A DNA stretch of 64,000 nt from an uncultured Planctomycetales bacterium. Its GTDB lineage: Bacteria > Omnitrophota > Gorgyraeia > Gygaellales > Profunditerraquicolaceae. The notes under the pieces were generated by a model, which was not told the DNA's origin, ran no database searches, and saw only the letters and a program-made list of their open reading frames with translations. The DNA lies in NCBI GenBank assembly GCA_964645795.1, contig CAZYCL010000001.1:287194-351193 (forward strand). The letters are read 5' to 3'. A program made the position numbers and the translations under genes. How positions within the stretch are numbered: position 1 is the first letter of the stretch; every line of letters begins with the position of its first letter. Positions 9,666-18,923 of this stretch are shown piece after piece.

Positions 9666-10472
9666 TTAAAACCCTGTAACTAATTTCCCCAGCCCAAGAG
9701 AAAGGTCAAAATACCTAAAGCATGCGAACGCAGACACCCAGAATAAAACAAAGATCGTCTCCCGCCATCCTATGCCCATGGGCCTGACGACGCGCATGCG
9801 CCCGTCAAAGCCGCGGCAGCACATCGCCAGGTAAATGCGCTCGGCCCGGTCAAGCGTGCGCAGCAGCAAATGATTTATCAGCGAGACAAAGACATTAAAG
9901 CGGACTGCCCCGCAGCCTGGCGAGCGCATCGTCCTTGCCCGCAGCATCCGTTCTGCTTCATCGGTCAAAACCCATATGTAGCGGTAAAAAAACAGGAGTT
10001 GCGTCACAAACGGCCGGGGTACGCCAAACTTCAACAGCGAATCGCAAACGGCGTTGAAACCGGTCAGGGCTATCAAAATAAAAGCTGCCGTTACGGTCAA
10101 GAAAAAACGTAGCAATATCGAAAAAAACGACACCCATCCCCCGGATACCTCCATGGGGCCGACCTGCATCAGTATGTGACTGTCCATAACGGGGTTGAAG
10201 ATGCCGACCAGTATCGCAAACGGAGATACGGCCAGTGTTTTTTTTAGAAGATAGCCTGCCGGCAGACCCGCGGCAGAGATCAGGAAAACCGGATAAATAA
10301 CATAAGGCGCCAATGCAAAAATCGAATACTTATCAAAAGAAACTACCGTAATGATGAATGCCAGGGTAGTGACGAGTTTGGCTCTCGGGTCCAGGCGATG
10401 CAAAAAACTGTCTTGGGCAGCCAATGTATCCATAAACCGGATATCGAAAAGATCCCTGCTGCCGATATTCAT
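9666..10472 (-). CDS. cbiQ: ECF transporter transmembrane component CbiQ
   Basis: 268-aa polytopic protein between cbiM and cbiO, with CbiQ-like length and topology. Confidence 0.75.
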   Translation of the reverse strand: MNIGSRDLFDIRFMDTLAAQDSFLHRLDPRAKLVTTLAFIITVVSFDKYSIFALAPYVIYPVFLISAAGLPAGYLLKKTLAVSPFAILVGIFNPVMDSHILMQVGPMEVSGGWVSFFSILLRFFLTVTAAFILIALTGFNAVCDSLLKFGVPRPFVTQLLFFYRYIWVLTDEAERMLRARTMRSPGCGAVRFNVFVSLINHLLLRTLDRAERIYLAMCCRGFDGRMRVVRPMGIGWRETIFVLFWVSAFACFRYFDLSLGLGKLVTGF

Positions 10473-10478
10473 AATCGC

Positions 10479-11516
10479 TTATCCTTGCGCCGTGGCTTTC
10501 CTGCGCCTAAGCCCCAGGCCTGTCAAAAAAGCCGCCGCTAATACGAGTAGGCTGCCGACCAGGCCCGAAACAGAAGTACCGGGATCGATCGCCGGGTAAG
10601 CCGTAGCCGCAGCGGCTGCGTCTTCCCCGCCTTGAGTTTTCTTAAAACCGTAATCCGGTAAAAAAGCCGTCTTCTCCTGGATGCCGGCCAAAGAGGCGTG
10701 CATTTTCTGGTCTGTCTTTACTTCCTCTTTGCCGGAAGCCTTGAATATTGCCCACTCCAGTCCGTCGGGATTGGCGGATGCGAACCAACTGAATACCCCT
10801 CCTACAATCGCAGCTGACGCCAGAAATCCCAGAACCAGCTTTCTGATGCCGTTCTTCCCGGCCAGGGCAGGCTGGCCGCAGATATTCAAGACCTCAGGCC
10901 GCATTCTCCAGACAAAAGTGACCACGCCTGCCGTGACTAAACCTTCCACTATGCCTATAGCCAAGTGTATCGGCTGCATCAAAAGAATGAAAGTATCGAA
11001 CGGCAACTCCGATATCCCGGAGAATACCGTTTCCAGCACCACGCTGAAAGCCCCCAGCTGCAGGGCGGCGACTGCGGCTATTATAGAACCGAGCATTATC
11101 TTCATCCGTGTCGGATTTCTCCCGGCGATCCTGCGGTAAACCAGCGGATAGGTGATAAAACAGGGGAAAAACCCCATATTAAAAATGTTGCACCCCAGGG
11201 CCAAAAGGCCGCCGTCGGCAAAAAACAGCGCCTGGACAATCAGGACCGATGCCATGACCAGGAATGCGGCATAAGGTCCGAGCAGTATCGCAAGGATCAA
11301 GCCCCCTCCCAGGTGGCCGCTTGAACCTGTGGCAGGGATACTGAAGTTGATCATCTGCGAAGCAAAGATAAAAGCTCCCAGCACCCCCATAAGCGGCACT
11401 TTACGGTCGTCCCCTTGCTCTTTTACTTTTTTGGCGCTGTAACCGATGAGCCCGGCCGTAGTCGCCCACATGATCCCGCCGACAGCCGGAGATATCAAAG
11501 CGTCTGCCATATGCAT
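10479..11516 (-). CDS. cbiM: CbiM/NikM substrate-capture component with a fused C-terminal PDGLE-type domain
   Basis: N-terminal MHMADALISPAVGG (CbiM metal-binding N-terminus), 7 TM helices, then NPDGLEWAIFKAS (PDGLE motif) and a terminal TM. Confidence 0.75.
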   Translation of the reverse strand: MHMADALISPAVGGIMWATTAGLIGYSAKKVKEQGDDRKVPLMGVLGAFIFASQMINFSIPATGSSGHLGGGLILAILLGPYAAFLVMASVLIVQALFFADGGLLALGCNIFNMGFFPCFITYPLVYRRIAGRNPTRMKIMLGSIIAAVAALQLGAFSVVLETVFSGISELPFDTFILLMQPIHLAIGIVEGLVTAGVVTFVWRMRPEVLNICGQPALAGKNGIRKLVLGFLASAAIVGGVFSWFASANPDGLEWAIFKASGKEEVKTDQKMHASLAGIQEKTAFLPDYGFKKTQGGEDAAAAATAYPAIDPGTSVSGLVGSLLVLAAAFLTGLGLRRRKATAQG

Positions 11517-11529
11517 GGCTTACCTCCAT

Positions 11530-12888
11530 TTAAAAATCTATTTGCGTCCTGAATCCGTACACGAAAATATTATCGTCATCATCGATAACATCCCTGCCAA
11601 AAGGGTTCCAGATATACTGGATATCAGGGCTAAGGCTAAGGTAGTCATTGAATTGTATCTTGTAGTAGGCCTCGATGCGGCCTTCTTTTTTAGCCAGCCT
11701 TTGAGGATCAAGCTCTTGCCCGGCCTGCCTATAATCTTTGGACGCAATATTCTGGCCGACTGCCATGCCCAAGACGTCTTTCTCCCGGCCCCAAGGCATG
11801 CCTTCCAATTGCAGCCCCGCGCTCCAGGCCTGCTCCAGTGAATAATTCAGGTCTCCTGCCGTAGTAAACTCTGGGTCATATACGCGGGGGTTCTGCCAGC
11901 TGTAACGGCAGAACAGGGTAAGCGCCCGGTTCATTCTCTGGTCAAAACTTAAAGCAAAACCGTAGCTGGACCTCTTATCCTGTTCTGGCTCCATCCACTT
12001 GGTGTGATAACCGTCATTCTTCCAGGCGCTAAAACGGTAATTTCCCTCCAGGCCTAAAATATTGGGCTTAAAGTTCATCTCCGCTATATTAAACAGGTTA
12101 TCGCCCATCTTTTCCCAATCTCCGTCAGCGTCAAGAACCCCGTAGCCCAACTCCAGCCACCGGTACGCAGAATACCCCAGGCGTATGCCGGCGCCGTTAG
12201 AAGGAAAATCTATGGCGGCGTTATTTACGAACATGTGCGCCAGGAATTGGCTGGTCTCGTCATTTGCGATATTATTATTATCGAAGAACGAAAGCGGGTC
12301 CAGTTTTCCGAAAGTCAACACAGCTTTATCTTTCAAAAGCTTTTGTTCATAGTAAAACTCGGTCACGCCTACATTCTCATCATCCGAGGCGTCGTCATTT
12401 ACGTTGCTGTAAAGGCTCAGATCATTATTAAGGCCGTCCGACCTTCCCGCGTTTAAATGCAGGTATGCCAGGCCGCCGGTGCCTTCGAACTCTTTTTCGA
12501 TCGTCACATCGGCCGTATATGAGCCGTCCAGACGGGATTCTTTTTTGGTCTCTGTGGCGTTGGTGTTGTCTGTGCCCTGGACCACCATCGTGCCCCAGGC
12601 GCCGATCTTGAAGCCATCGCTAAGAAACGACGCCGGTCCGGCTTCTTTATGCAGCCTTTCATCGAGCTTCGATATCCGGGATTCATACTCTTGAATCTTG
12701 GTTTTTTGGTCAATGATACACTGCTGCTGATCATGAATGCATTTGTCCTGCTCGAAGACTCTTTTTTCAAGCGCCCCTATGCGGTTTTCCAGCTTCTTGA
12801 GCCTTTCTTCTACCGCGGGTGTATCGGCATAAGAAACAGAAGCCCACGATAATAAGAACATTGCCAATCCTATCGAGAAAAAACGCAT
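11530..12888 (-). CDS. Outer membrane porin with an N-terminal coiled coil (OprB/carbohydrate-porin-like). First gene of the cbi operon.
   Basis: Signal peptide, heptad-rich LKKLENRIGALEKRV...ESRISKLDERL, then beta-barrel-like segments, ending in ...RTQIDF. Confidence 0.5.
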   Translation of the reverse strand: MRFFSIGLAMFLLSWASVSYADTPAVEERLKKLENRIGALEKRVFEQDKCIHDQQQCIIDQKTKIQEYESRISKLDERLHKEAGPASFLSDGFKIGAWGTMVVQGTDNTNATETKKESRLDGSYTADVTIEKEFEGTGGLAYLHLNAGRSDGLNNDLSLYSNVNDDASDDENVGVTEFYYEQKLLKDKAVLTFGKLDPLSFFDNNNIANDETSQFLAHMFVNNAAIDFPSNGAGIRLGYSAYRWLELGYGVLDADGDWEKMGDNLFNIAEMNFKPNILGLEGNYRFSAWKNDGYHTKWMEPEQDKRSSYGFALSFDQRMNRALTLFCRYSWQNPRVYDPEFTTAGDLNYSLEQAWSAGLQLEGMPWGREKDVLGMAVGQNIASKDYRQAGQELDPQRLAKKEGRIEAYYKIQFNDYLSLSPDIQYIWNPFGRDVIDDDDNIFVYGFRTQIDF

Positions 12889-12919
12889 AATGCCTCCTTC
12901 CTGTGTTACGATTTAAATA

Positions 12920-12947
12920 ATTGTAACACCAATGCATTTCTTGTCAA
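12920..12947 (-). promoter_or_regulatory. Sigma70-like promoter of the porin-cbiMQO operon (TTGACA-16-TACAAT)
   Basis: The minus strand reads TTGACAAGAAATGCATTGGTGTTACAAT, followed by AAGGAGG and then the ATG at 12888. Confidence 0.45.
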
Positions 12948-13031
12948 GGATTATTGCAAAAATGGCGAGAAGACAAGCCAAGGCAGGACCCGCTACTGAA
13001 ACACTCGATTAGCGGGTGACGCCGTGAGGCA

Positions 13032-13427
13032 TCAGAATCTATCGGAGACGGAGAACCTGCCCGCTCCCAGCAGGATAAGCGCCACGCATACCGCGGCGAT
13101 GATAAAAGCGTACTCGAAGCCGCCCTGCATCATGAAAAAACCGTTCTTAAGGTGCACCTTGTAAGCGGCAACCGCGATCAGGATCAACAGGGCTGCCGAA
13201 GAACTCCTCACGCCTAAACCGATGATCAGCAAAAACCCCCCGACAAGCTCGGTATAAGCGGCCAGATACGCCCAAAACGACGCCGGGGCAAACCCCAAGC
13301 CCGAGAGCATCTTTGAGAATCCGGGTATACCGGAACCGCCCAGAAGGCCGAACGCCTTTTGTATTCCGTGCAAGCAGAACATGATGCCCAGTGATATTCG
13401 CAATAACAGTATCGCTATATCCATCAT
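13032..13427 (-). CDS. DoxX family membrane protein
   Basis: 131 aa, four TM helices, N-terminus LLRISLGIMFCLHGIQK typical of DoxX. Confidence 0.7.
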   Translation of the reverse strand: MMDIAILLLRISLGIMFCLHGIQKAFGLLGGSGIPGFSKMLSGLGFAPASFWAYLAAYTELVGGFLLIIGLGVRSSSAALLILIAVAAYKVHLKNGFFMMQGGFEYAFIIAAVCVALILLGAGRFSVSDRF

Positions 13428-14560
13428 CCCCGGCCTCCTTGCTTAAACGCCAGTTCCCTAAACACCCCGATCTTGTTTTTAATCCCGCATGACCTGTAAA
13501 TACATATCAGGTAATGAAGGAGCGTCGCCAGCCTTCCCTTGAGATCCGCTCCCAGCACCCTGCCGCAGGAAAGGTTATTGGCCATCGGTATGATATATCC
13601 GAAATCGAACGGCCTGTATCCGGCTAAAGGCAGCCCCTTTATAGACCTGATGACGTTTAGCGCCGCGCAATCACCCTGCGTGCGGGCGAACTGCACGGCC
13701 ATCCTTAAATATTCGCCTGCGCTCTTAAAATAAGCGCAGTCTCCTGCCACAAAACAATCCCTGCCTATACCCAGGTATTCGTCGACCGCGATCCTTCCCT
13801 GCGGGTTCTTCTCCAGGCTTAATCTTTGTATGAAATCCGGGGTCTTTACCCCCGCAGTCCAAACTACCATAGCCTTGTCAAACTCCTGCCCGCCACAAAG
13901 CCTTACCTTTTGGCCTTCTATCTTCTCAATCGCGCAATTAACCATAACGCGGATATTCATTTTGCTAAGATTGCCCTTGACATGCTCCTTCACCCATCCC
14001 GGAAGCGGCCCAAGGATGGAAGCGGCTTTTTCCACAATGACGATGTTGGCGCTGCGCTTATTCTTTCTGGCAAACAGCCAGATATTTCCTGCTGCTTCTA
14101 TGCCGGTATAACCGGCGCCGCTGACGATAAAATTCTCGTATCCACCCGAGCTGACTGCCCTGGACAGCCTTTCGGCATCAGAAACGCTGTCGAACCTGAA
14201 GGCGTTATCGCTGGCGTTTTGGTTACCGTAAAAGTTAGTTTGCGCCCCGCAGGCGATGATCAGGTAATCATAGGAGAGGCTTTCTTTTCCTCCTGCCACT
14301 ATGCGCTTATCAAGATCGACCTGGCCTACCTCAAAGGCGCAAAACCCCGCCCCCAACTTTGAGCATACGCGCGATATATCGCAGGAGAGCTGCCTGCCGG
14401 ATAAGCCTCTTCCGATGATATCGGGCAAAAGGGGAAGGAAATCCGAAGTGGGCCTTTTGTCTATAAGCCTGATATCCAGGCCGAGGCCTGAGCCTGCCAG
14501 TCGCCGCAACGCGCACAAACCTGCAAAACCCCCTCCTATTATGATCACTTTCTCAGTCAT
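13424..14560 (-). CDS. NAD(P)/FAD-dependent oxidoreductase, type II NADH dehydrogenase (NDH-2)/SQR family
   Basis: VIIIGGGFAG dinucleotide fold, a second GAGYTGIE fold, and an overall NDH-2-like arrangement. It is translationally coupled to doxX. Confidence 0.65.
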   Translation of the reverse strand: MTEKVIIIGGGFAGLCALRRLAGSGLGLDIRLIDKRPTSDFLPLLPDIIGRGLSGRQLSCDISRVCSKLGAGFCAFEVGQVDLDKRIVAGGKESLSYDYLIIACGAQTNFYGNQNASDNAFRFDSVSDAERLSRAVSSGGYENFIVSGAGYTGIEAAGNIWLFARKNKRSANIVIVEKAASILGPLPGWVKEHVKGNLSKMNIRVMVNCAIEKIEGQKVRLCGGQEFDKAMVVWTAGVKTPDFIQRLSLEKNPQGRIAVDEYLGIGRDCFVAGDCAYFKSAGEYLRMAVQFARTQGDCAALNVIRSIKGLPLAGYRPFDFGYIIPMANNLSCGRVLGADLKGRLATLLHYLICIYRSCGIKNKIGVFRELAFKQGGRG

Positions 14561-14608
14561 GGCCGGATTTTGTTTGCATTAACCATGCCCCCATGTTAAC
14601 ATAAATCC

Positions 14609-15649
14609 ATGATCAGTGAAATAAAAATCAAAATAGAAAAAGAGATCTGCGGCTACCTCGGGTTTATCAACAAAGCTTACTCTCTAAAGAACATCTGCCC
14701 GATGATGGTAAGCTATATAAAAGAGTTCATCTGCCGCAGCGGCAAACGCGTCAGGCCCATCCTTTTTGTCCTGGGGTACCTGGGCTTTTCTAAAAAGGCG
14801 GCTAGCGGGCTTTACCGCAGCGCCATCTCCATCGAGCTTTTGCATGATTTCATGCTCGTGCATGACGACATAATCGATAAATCCGATACGCGCAGGGGAA
14901 AGCCCTCGATGCACGCTTTGTTAAACGGCCATCTGAAAAAATACAATAACATAAAGTTCGGCGGGCAGGACCTGACCATAGTCATAGGAGACGTGCTTTA
15001 TGCCCTGGGGTTAAAGGCGTTTTTGGCCATCAAAGAAGACAAGACGCGCAAGGAATCTGCGCTTAACATACTCATAGAGGCGGCGCTTTACACGGGGGCC
15101 GGGGAATTCGTAGAGTTACTCTACGGCGCAACCGATATTAATAAGCTGCAAAAATGCGATATCTACAAGATATATGACTATAAGACCGCTTTTTACACCT
15201 TTGCCGCGCCACTGGCTATCGGAGCGGTGCTGGCAGGGGCAGGCCGGAAAGAAAAGAATAAGCTTATCCGTTACGGGATAATGCTGGGCCGGGCCTTTCA
15301 GATAAAAGACGATATATTAGGCATGTTTGGCGAAGAGCATGAAATAGGCAAATCCGCCCTTACCGACCTGCAGGAAGCCAAAAAAACAATACTTATCTGG
15401 CATGCCTTTAACCACTGCAGCGCCAAGGACAGGGCCATCATAAAAGAGCTCTTCAGCAGAAATACGGCTTCAAGGAAGGACTTGATTCGCATGCGAGGGA
15501 TCATATCGGAATCCGGAGCGCTTGATTTCGCCAGAAAAGAAGTCCGGGATTCAGCCGTTCAGGCGCAACGGCTGCTTGGCTCCTGCCGCATGCGGCCGGA
15601 TATAAAAACCGCCCTTAAGCGCTACTCCGAGAAAATCCTGGACCTCTAA
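14609..15649 (+). CDS. Polyprenyl (geranylgeranyl) diphosphate synthase, CrtE-like
   Basis: FARM LVHDDIIDKSDTRRGKPS and SARM FQIKDDILG motifs. Confidence 0.8.
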   Translation: MISEIKIKIEKEICGYLGFINKAYSLKNICPMMVSYIKEFICRSGKRVRPILFVLGYLGFSKKAASGLYRSAISIELLHDFMLVHDDIIDKSDTRRGKPSMHALLNGHLKKYNNIKFGGQDLTIVIGDVLYALGLKAFLAIKEDKTRKESALNILIEAALYTGAGEFVELLYGATDINKLQKCDIYKIYDYKTAFYTFAAPLAIGAVLAGAGRKEKNKLIRYGIMLGRAFQIKDDILGMFGEEHEIGKSALTDLQEAKKTILIWHAFNHCSAKDRAIIKELFSRNTASRKDLIRMRGIISESGALDFARKEVRDSAVQAQRLLGSCRMRPDIKTALKRYSEKILDL

Positions 15650-15651
15650 GC

Positions 15652-16509
15652 TTAATTGCAGATAAAAAGACACTTGCCGCCTGTAACATCCTCTAACAGC
15701 TCGTTGCCGGGATCGATACTTCTGGCCTTCTCAAGATACTCGCGGTATTTTCCATCATCCCCCGAAGCTTTGTATGCCTGGGCAAGCCTTACGTAAGCGT
15801 CGGCAAGCAGCGGATCATTTTCAACCGCTTTATGCAGATAGGGCTTGGACCTTTCGGGATCCCCTCCGATTACGCCCGGCGCAAAAAGATAAAACACCCC
15901 AAGCCCCATAGCCACAAAAGCCGAATCGGGATCGAGCCTCTCTGCCTTCTTAAGGGCAGGCAAGACCGCTGTCCCGTTGATGGCTTTTGAAAGCGGCCCG
16001 GCGTGGTGGGCGATCATCCCTTTAGAGCCGCCGTAGATGACCAGCGCCCGCACGTAATTGGCGCTGTCGACGTTTTCCTTATCGCTTAACACCTTTATCG
16101 CCAGGCGGCTTGAGCTGTTGAAATCACCGTGAAGGTAACGGACGGAGGAGATCGTTAGAAGCGCCGGGTAATATTTGGGGTCGCGCTTTATGCAATCTTT
16201 GAGCGCCTCCTCGCTCTCTTTTAACCGATGCCTGCGCCGCATTACTTCGGCCATTCCCCATTTGGCGTAAACCGAGGAGGAGTCAAGCTTAAGCATCCTC
16301 TTAAAGAGAGCCTCGGCCTCATCGTTCTTGTGATATCTTAATAAAACCAAGGCGCCAACGTAAAGCTCTTCTTCGCCGCCGGAGACCCCGATATTTATTT
16401 CCTCCGGCTTCATCCGGCTCGCTTTCTCGTTAAGCCTGACCCAATCCATGGCCCAGCCGCAGCGGGCGCAAAAAACAAATATTAACAGTAAAACCAATGC
16501 CCTTTTCAT
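15652..16509 (-). CDS. Secreted TPR repeat protein
   Basis: Signal peptide MKRALVLLLIFVFCARCGWA followed by multiple TPR-like helices. Confidence 0.5.
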   Translation of the reverse strand: MKRALVLLLIFVFCARCGWAMDWVRLNEKASRMKPEEINIGVSGGEEELYVGALVLLRYHKNDEAEALFKRMLKLDSSSVYAKWGMAEVMRRRHRLKESEEALKDCIKRDPKYYPALLTISSVRYLHGDFNSSSRLAIKVLSDKENVDSANYVRALVIYGGSKGMIAHHAGPLSKAINGTAVLPALKKAERLDPDSAFVAMGLGVFYLFAPGVIGGDPERSKPYLHKAVENDPLLADAYVRLAQAYKASGDDGKYREYLEKARSIDPGNELLEDVTGGKCLFICN

Positions 16510-16814
16510 GACCTGCCGGATGATTTATCTTTCTTAAAATACTCCCAGAACACGATGCTAAGCGTGACCATGCTGAAGCCAAAAAGAAAATCTTCTGCGG
16601 GAATGCTGCCGAGCCTGAAACCCATAAAAAAATCCGGATCATACCGGACGATACCGGCAGCGGTCAGGTAGCCGTTGACCAGCAGCTTGAAGGCCAGGAT
16701 AAAGACGATAAAAAAATAAAACTCCCTCTTTTTGAGGAGCCTGGTCTTAAGAACGGCGTCCGCCAGGATCGTCACTGCCACCGATAGAACAGCAAGCAGG
16801 GTATACTCTTTCAT
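16506..16814 (-). CDS. Lycopene cyclase domain protein (heterodimeric cyclase subunit, CrtYd-like)
   Basis: 102 aa, 3 TM helices. It is paired and coupled with a second ~100-aa paralogue, the CrtYcd architecture. Confidence 0.65.
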   Translation of the reverse strand: MKEYTLLAVLSVAVTILADAVLKTRLLKKREFYFFIVFILAFKLLVNGYLTAAGIVRYDPDFFMGFRLGSIPAEDFLFGFSMVTLSIVFWEYFKKDKSSGRS

Positions 16815-17116
16815 CCTTTGCGCCTCAGATACCTTAACGCCTCCCAGCTAAAAATACAGCAGAACGGTATCACCACGAAAAACATGACCTCCTCTAACGG
16901 CAGGTTAATGAAGCGCACGCCCCCTACTCCTGCGGGATCAAAATACCAGTGGCCGCGCCAGGTAGCAAAGACATCCCAGCCCCCGAAAATGAACACTATC
17001 AAAAGAATGCTTAAAGCAAGGCTTTTGGCATTACGGTAGAACTTAAGGGGCGGCCAGAAGCTGCAGATAAAGGGGATAGCCGCAGAGCAAACTAATAGCA
17101 TGGCGTATTTGGACAT
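16811..17116 (-). CDS. Lycopene cyclase domain protein (heterodimeric cyclase subunit, CrtYc-like)
   Basis: 101 aa, 3 TM helices. WDVFATWRGHWYFDP resembles the lycopene cyclase domain motif. Confidence 0.65.
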   Translation of the reverse strand: MSKYAMLLVCSAAIPFICSFWPPLKFYRNAKSLALSILLIVFIFGGWDVFATWRGHWYFDPAGVGGVRFINLPLEEVMFFVVIPFCCIFSWEALRYLRRKG

Positions 17117-17186
17117 GGGTTCATTTTACAACATAAAACAGAATCAGTAAAATACAAATATTGGGACCGCGCGGCTACCATACTTC

Positions 17187-17214
17187 TTGATTTACGCTCC
17201 TACGGTTGTAAAAT
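17187..17214 (+). promoter_or_regulatory. Candidate sigma70 promoter (TTGATT-16-TAAAAT) placing the crtB ATG at the TSS, i.e. leaderless
   Basis: TTGATT at 17187-17192, TAAAAT at 17209-17214, ATG at 17222. No SD is present. Confidence 0.35.
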
Positions 17215-17221
17215 ATAGGTT

Positions 17222-18103
17222 ATGGAAAAGCTTGACCCTCTGCTGACTAAGGGTTTTGATGAGGCGCGCAAGATCACCAAAAAATACGGCCGCACCTTTT
17301 ATTTCGCCTCCCTCTTCCTGCCCGACGCAAAGAAACGAGCCGCTTACGCGGTCTATGCAATTTCCAGGCTAAGCGATGAGTCGGTAGACTCTCCTGGCTC
17401 AGAGCCAAAATCAAGCCTTGAGGAGATAGAAAAAAGGATCGCTATCTGCTTCTCCAAAGACAAGCTTAGCGACCCGTTGTCAGCTGCCTTCAGGCATACC
17501 GTCGAAAAATACGGCATCCCGCGCCAGGAGTTTGACCAATTGATGCAGGGCATGCGCATGGACCTGACCAGGGACCGCTACGCCGATTTCAGCCAGCTCT
17601 ATGATTACTGCTTCAAGGTAGCCGGCGTCATCGGGCTGATCATGATAAGGATACTGGAGACCCGCTCTGCACCCTGCAGGGAACAGGCAATAAGCCTGGG
17701 CATTGCCATGCAGCTTACTAATATCATCCGCGATATAGGCGAAGACCTGGACAGGGGCAGGATCTATGTGCCTGCCCAGGAGCTAAGAAGCTTCGGCGTC
17801 AGCGAATCCGATCTGAAAAACCGCCTCCTTACTGATAACTTCAGGAGGCTGCTCGATTTCCAGATCAGGCGCGCCCGTAAATATTACCGGGATTCGCAGA
17901 AAGGCATCGATATGATCCGCGATTACCGCTGCCGCCTGGTGGTCCGGACGATGAAGGAAAATTACTCCAAGATACTTGATAAGGTCGAAAAAAACGGCTA
18001 CGATGTCTTTAGCCGAAGGGCCCGAACCGGCATAATCGATAAGATAATCTCCGTGCCGCAGGCCGCCGCAAGGTCTCTTTACCATGAAAATAAATATCGC
18101 TAA
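17222..18103 (+). CDS. crtB: Phytoene synthase
   Basis: Squalene/phytoene synthase family motifs YGRTFYFASLFLP, YCFKVAGVIGLM. Confidence 0.85.
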   Translation: MEKLDPLLTKGFDEARKITKKYGRTFYFASLFLPDAKKRAAYAVYAISRLSDESVDSPGSEPKSSLEEIEKRIAICFSKDKLSDPLSAAFRHTVEKYGIPRQEFDQLMQGMRMDLTRDRYADFSQLYDYCFKVAGVIGLIMIRILETRSAPCREQAISLGIAMQLTNIIRDIGEDLDRGRIYVPAQELRSFGVSESDLKNRLLTDNFRRLLDFQIRRARKYYRDSQKGIDMIRDYRCRLVVRTMKENYSKILDKVEKNGYDVFSRRARTGIIDKIISVPQAAARSLYHENKYR

Positions 18104-18923
18104 ATCCGCCGGTTTCTGCTTCGGGGTCAAACGCGCCATCAACATCGCCCTCGACACCGCATCAATCGGCAAACAGGTATACATGCTCGGGGATATCGTG
18201 CATAACGAAACGGTCGTAAACAGTATCCGCGAGCGCGGGATCAAGAAGATCGCCAGGCTTGGCAACGGTAAAAACAAGATCCTCCTGATCAGGGCTCACG
18301 GCGCCTCCAAAAGGCTGATATCAAAGGCAAAAAAACAAGGCTACGGGATAGTAGATGCCACCTGCCCCATGGTCAAAGAGATACACCGGATCGCCAGGAG
18401 CATGGAAAAAAAGTGCGGCCGGATCATCGTCATCGGGGACAAGAAACACGACGAAGTCCTCGGGATCATCGGGCAACTGAAGAAGCCGGCAGTGGTCATC
18501 GACGACTTAAAACGCATGCCCTTGGCCCGGATAAAAAGGCTTTCCAGGGCCTGCGTGGTAGTGCAGTCTACCCAGAATTCCGAGAAAGTCATGCGTATCG
18601 TGGAAATACTCAAGCGGCATATCAAAAAACTTATCTTCTTCAACACGATCTGCAAACCGACCAGGTTGAAACAGGAAGAGATCAAGCGCATGCCCCTTGA
18701 GAACGACCTGATGCTCATCATCGGCTCTAAAAACAGCGCTAATACCAAGAGGCTTTACGAGATATCCAAATCCCTCAATAAAAACAGCTACTGGGTCAAT
18801 TCTTGCTGCGATATCAGGAAAGATTGGTTCAGGAGAGCAAAATCGGTAGGCCTGACTGCCGGGGCATCAACCCCTAAGGCGATTATCCAAGAAATCATCA
18901 AATACCTGTCTTCTATCGGTTGA
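18084..18923 (+). CDS. ispH: 4-hydroxy-3-methylbut-2-enyl diphosphate reductase
   Basis: N-terminal AGFCFGVKRAI (conserved Cys), three conserved Cys, LytB-like length. Confidence 0.85.
   Translation: MKINIAKSAGFCFGVKRAINIALDTASIGKQVYMLGDIVHNETVVNSIRERGIKKIARLGNGKNKILLIRAHGASKRLISKAKKQGYGIVDATCPMVKEIHRIARSMEKKCGRIIVIGDKKHDEVLGIIGQLKKPAVVIDDLKRMPLARIKRLSRACVVVQSTQNSEKVMRIVEILKRHIKKLIFFNTICKPTRLKQEEIKRMPLENDLMLIIGSKNSANTKRLYEISKSLNKNSYWVNSCCDIRKDWFRRAKSVGLTAGASTPKAIIQEIIKYLSSIG

Noticed and set aside
12889-13031. Cobalamin or NiCo riboswitch ahead of the cbi/nik operon
   Set aside because: The promoter sits about 30 nt before the porin ATG, leaving no room for a riboswitch, and no conserved B12-box was seen.
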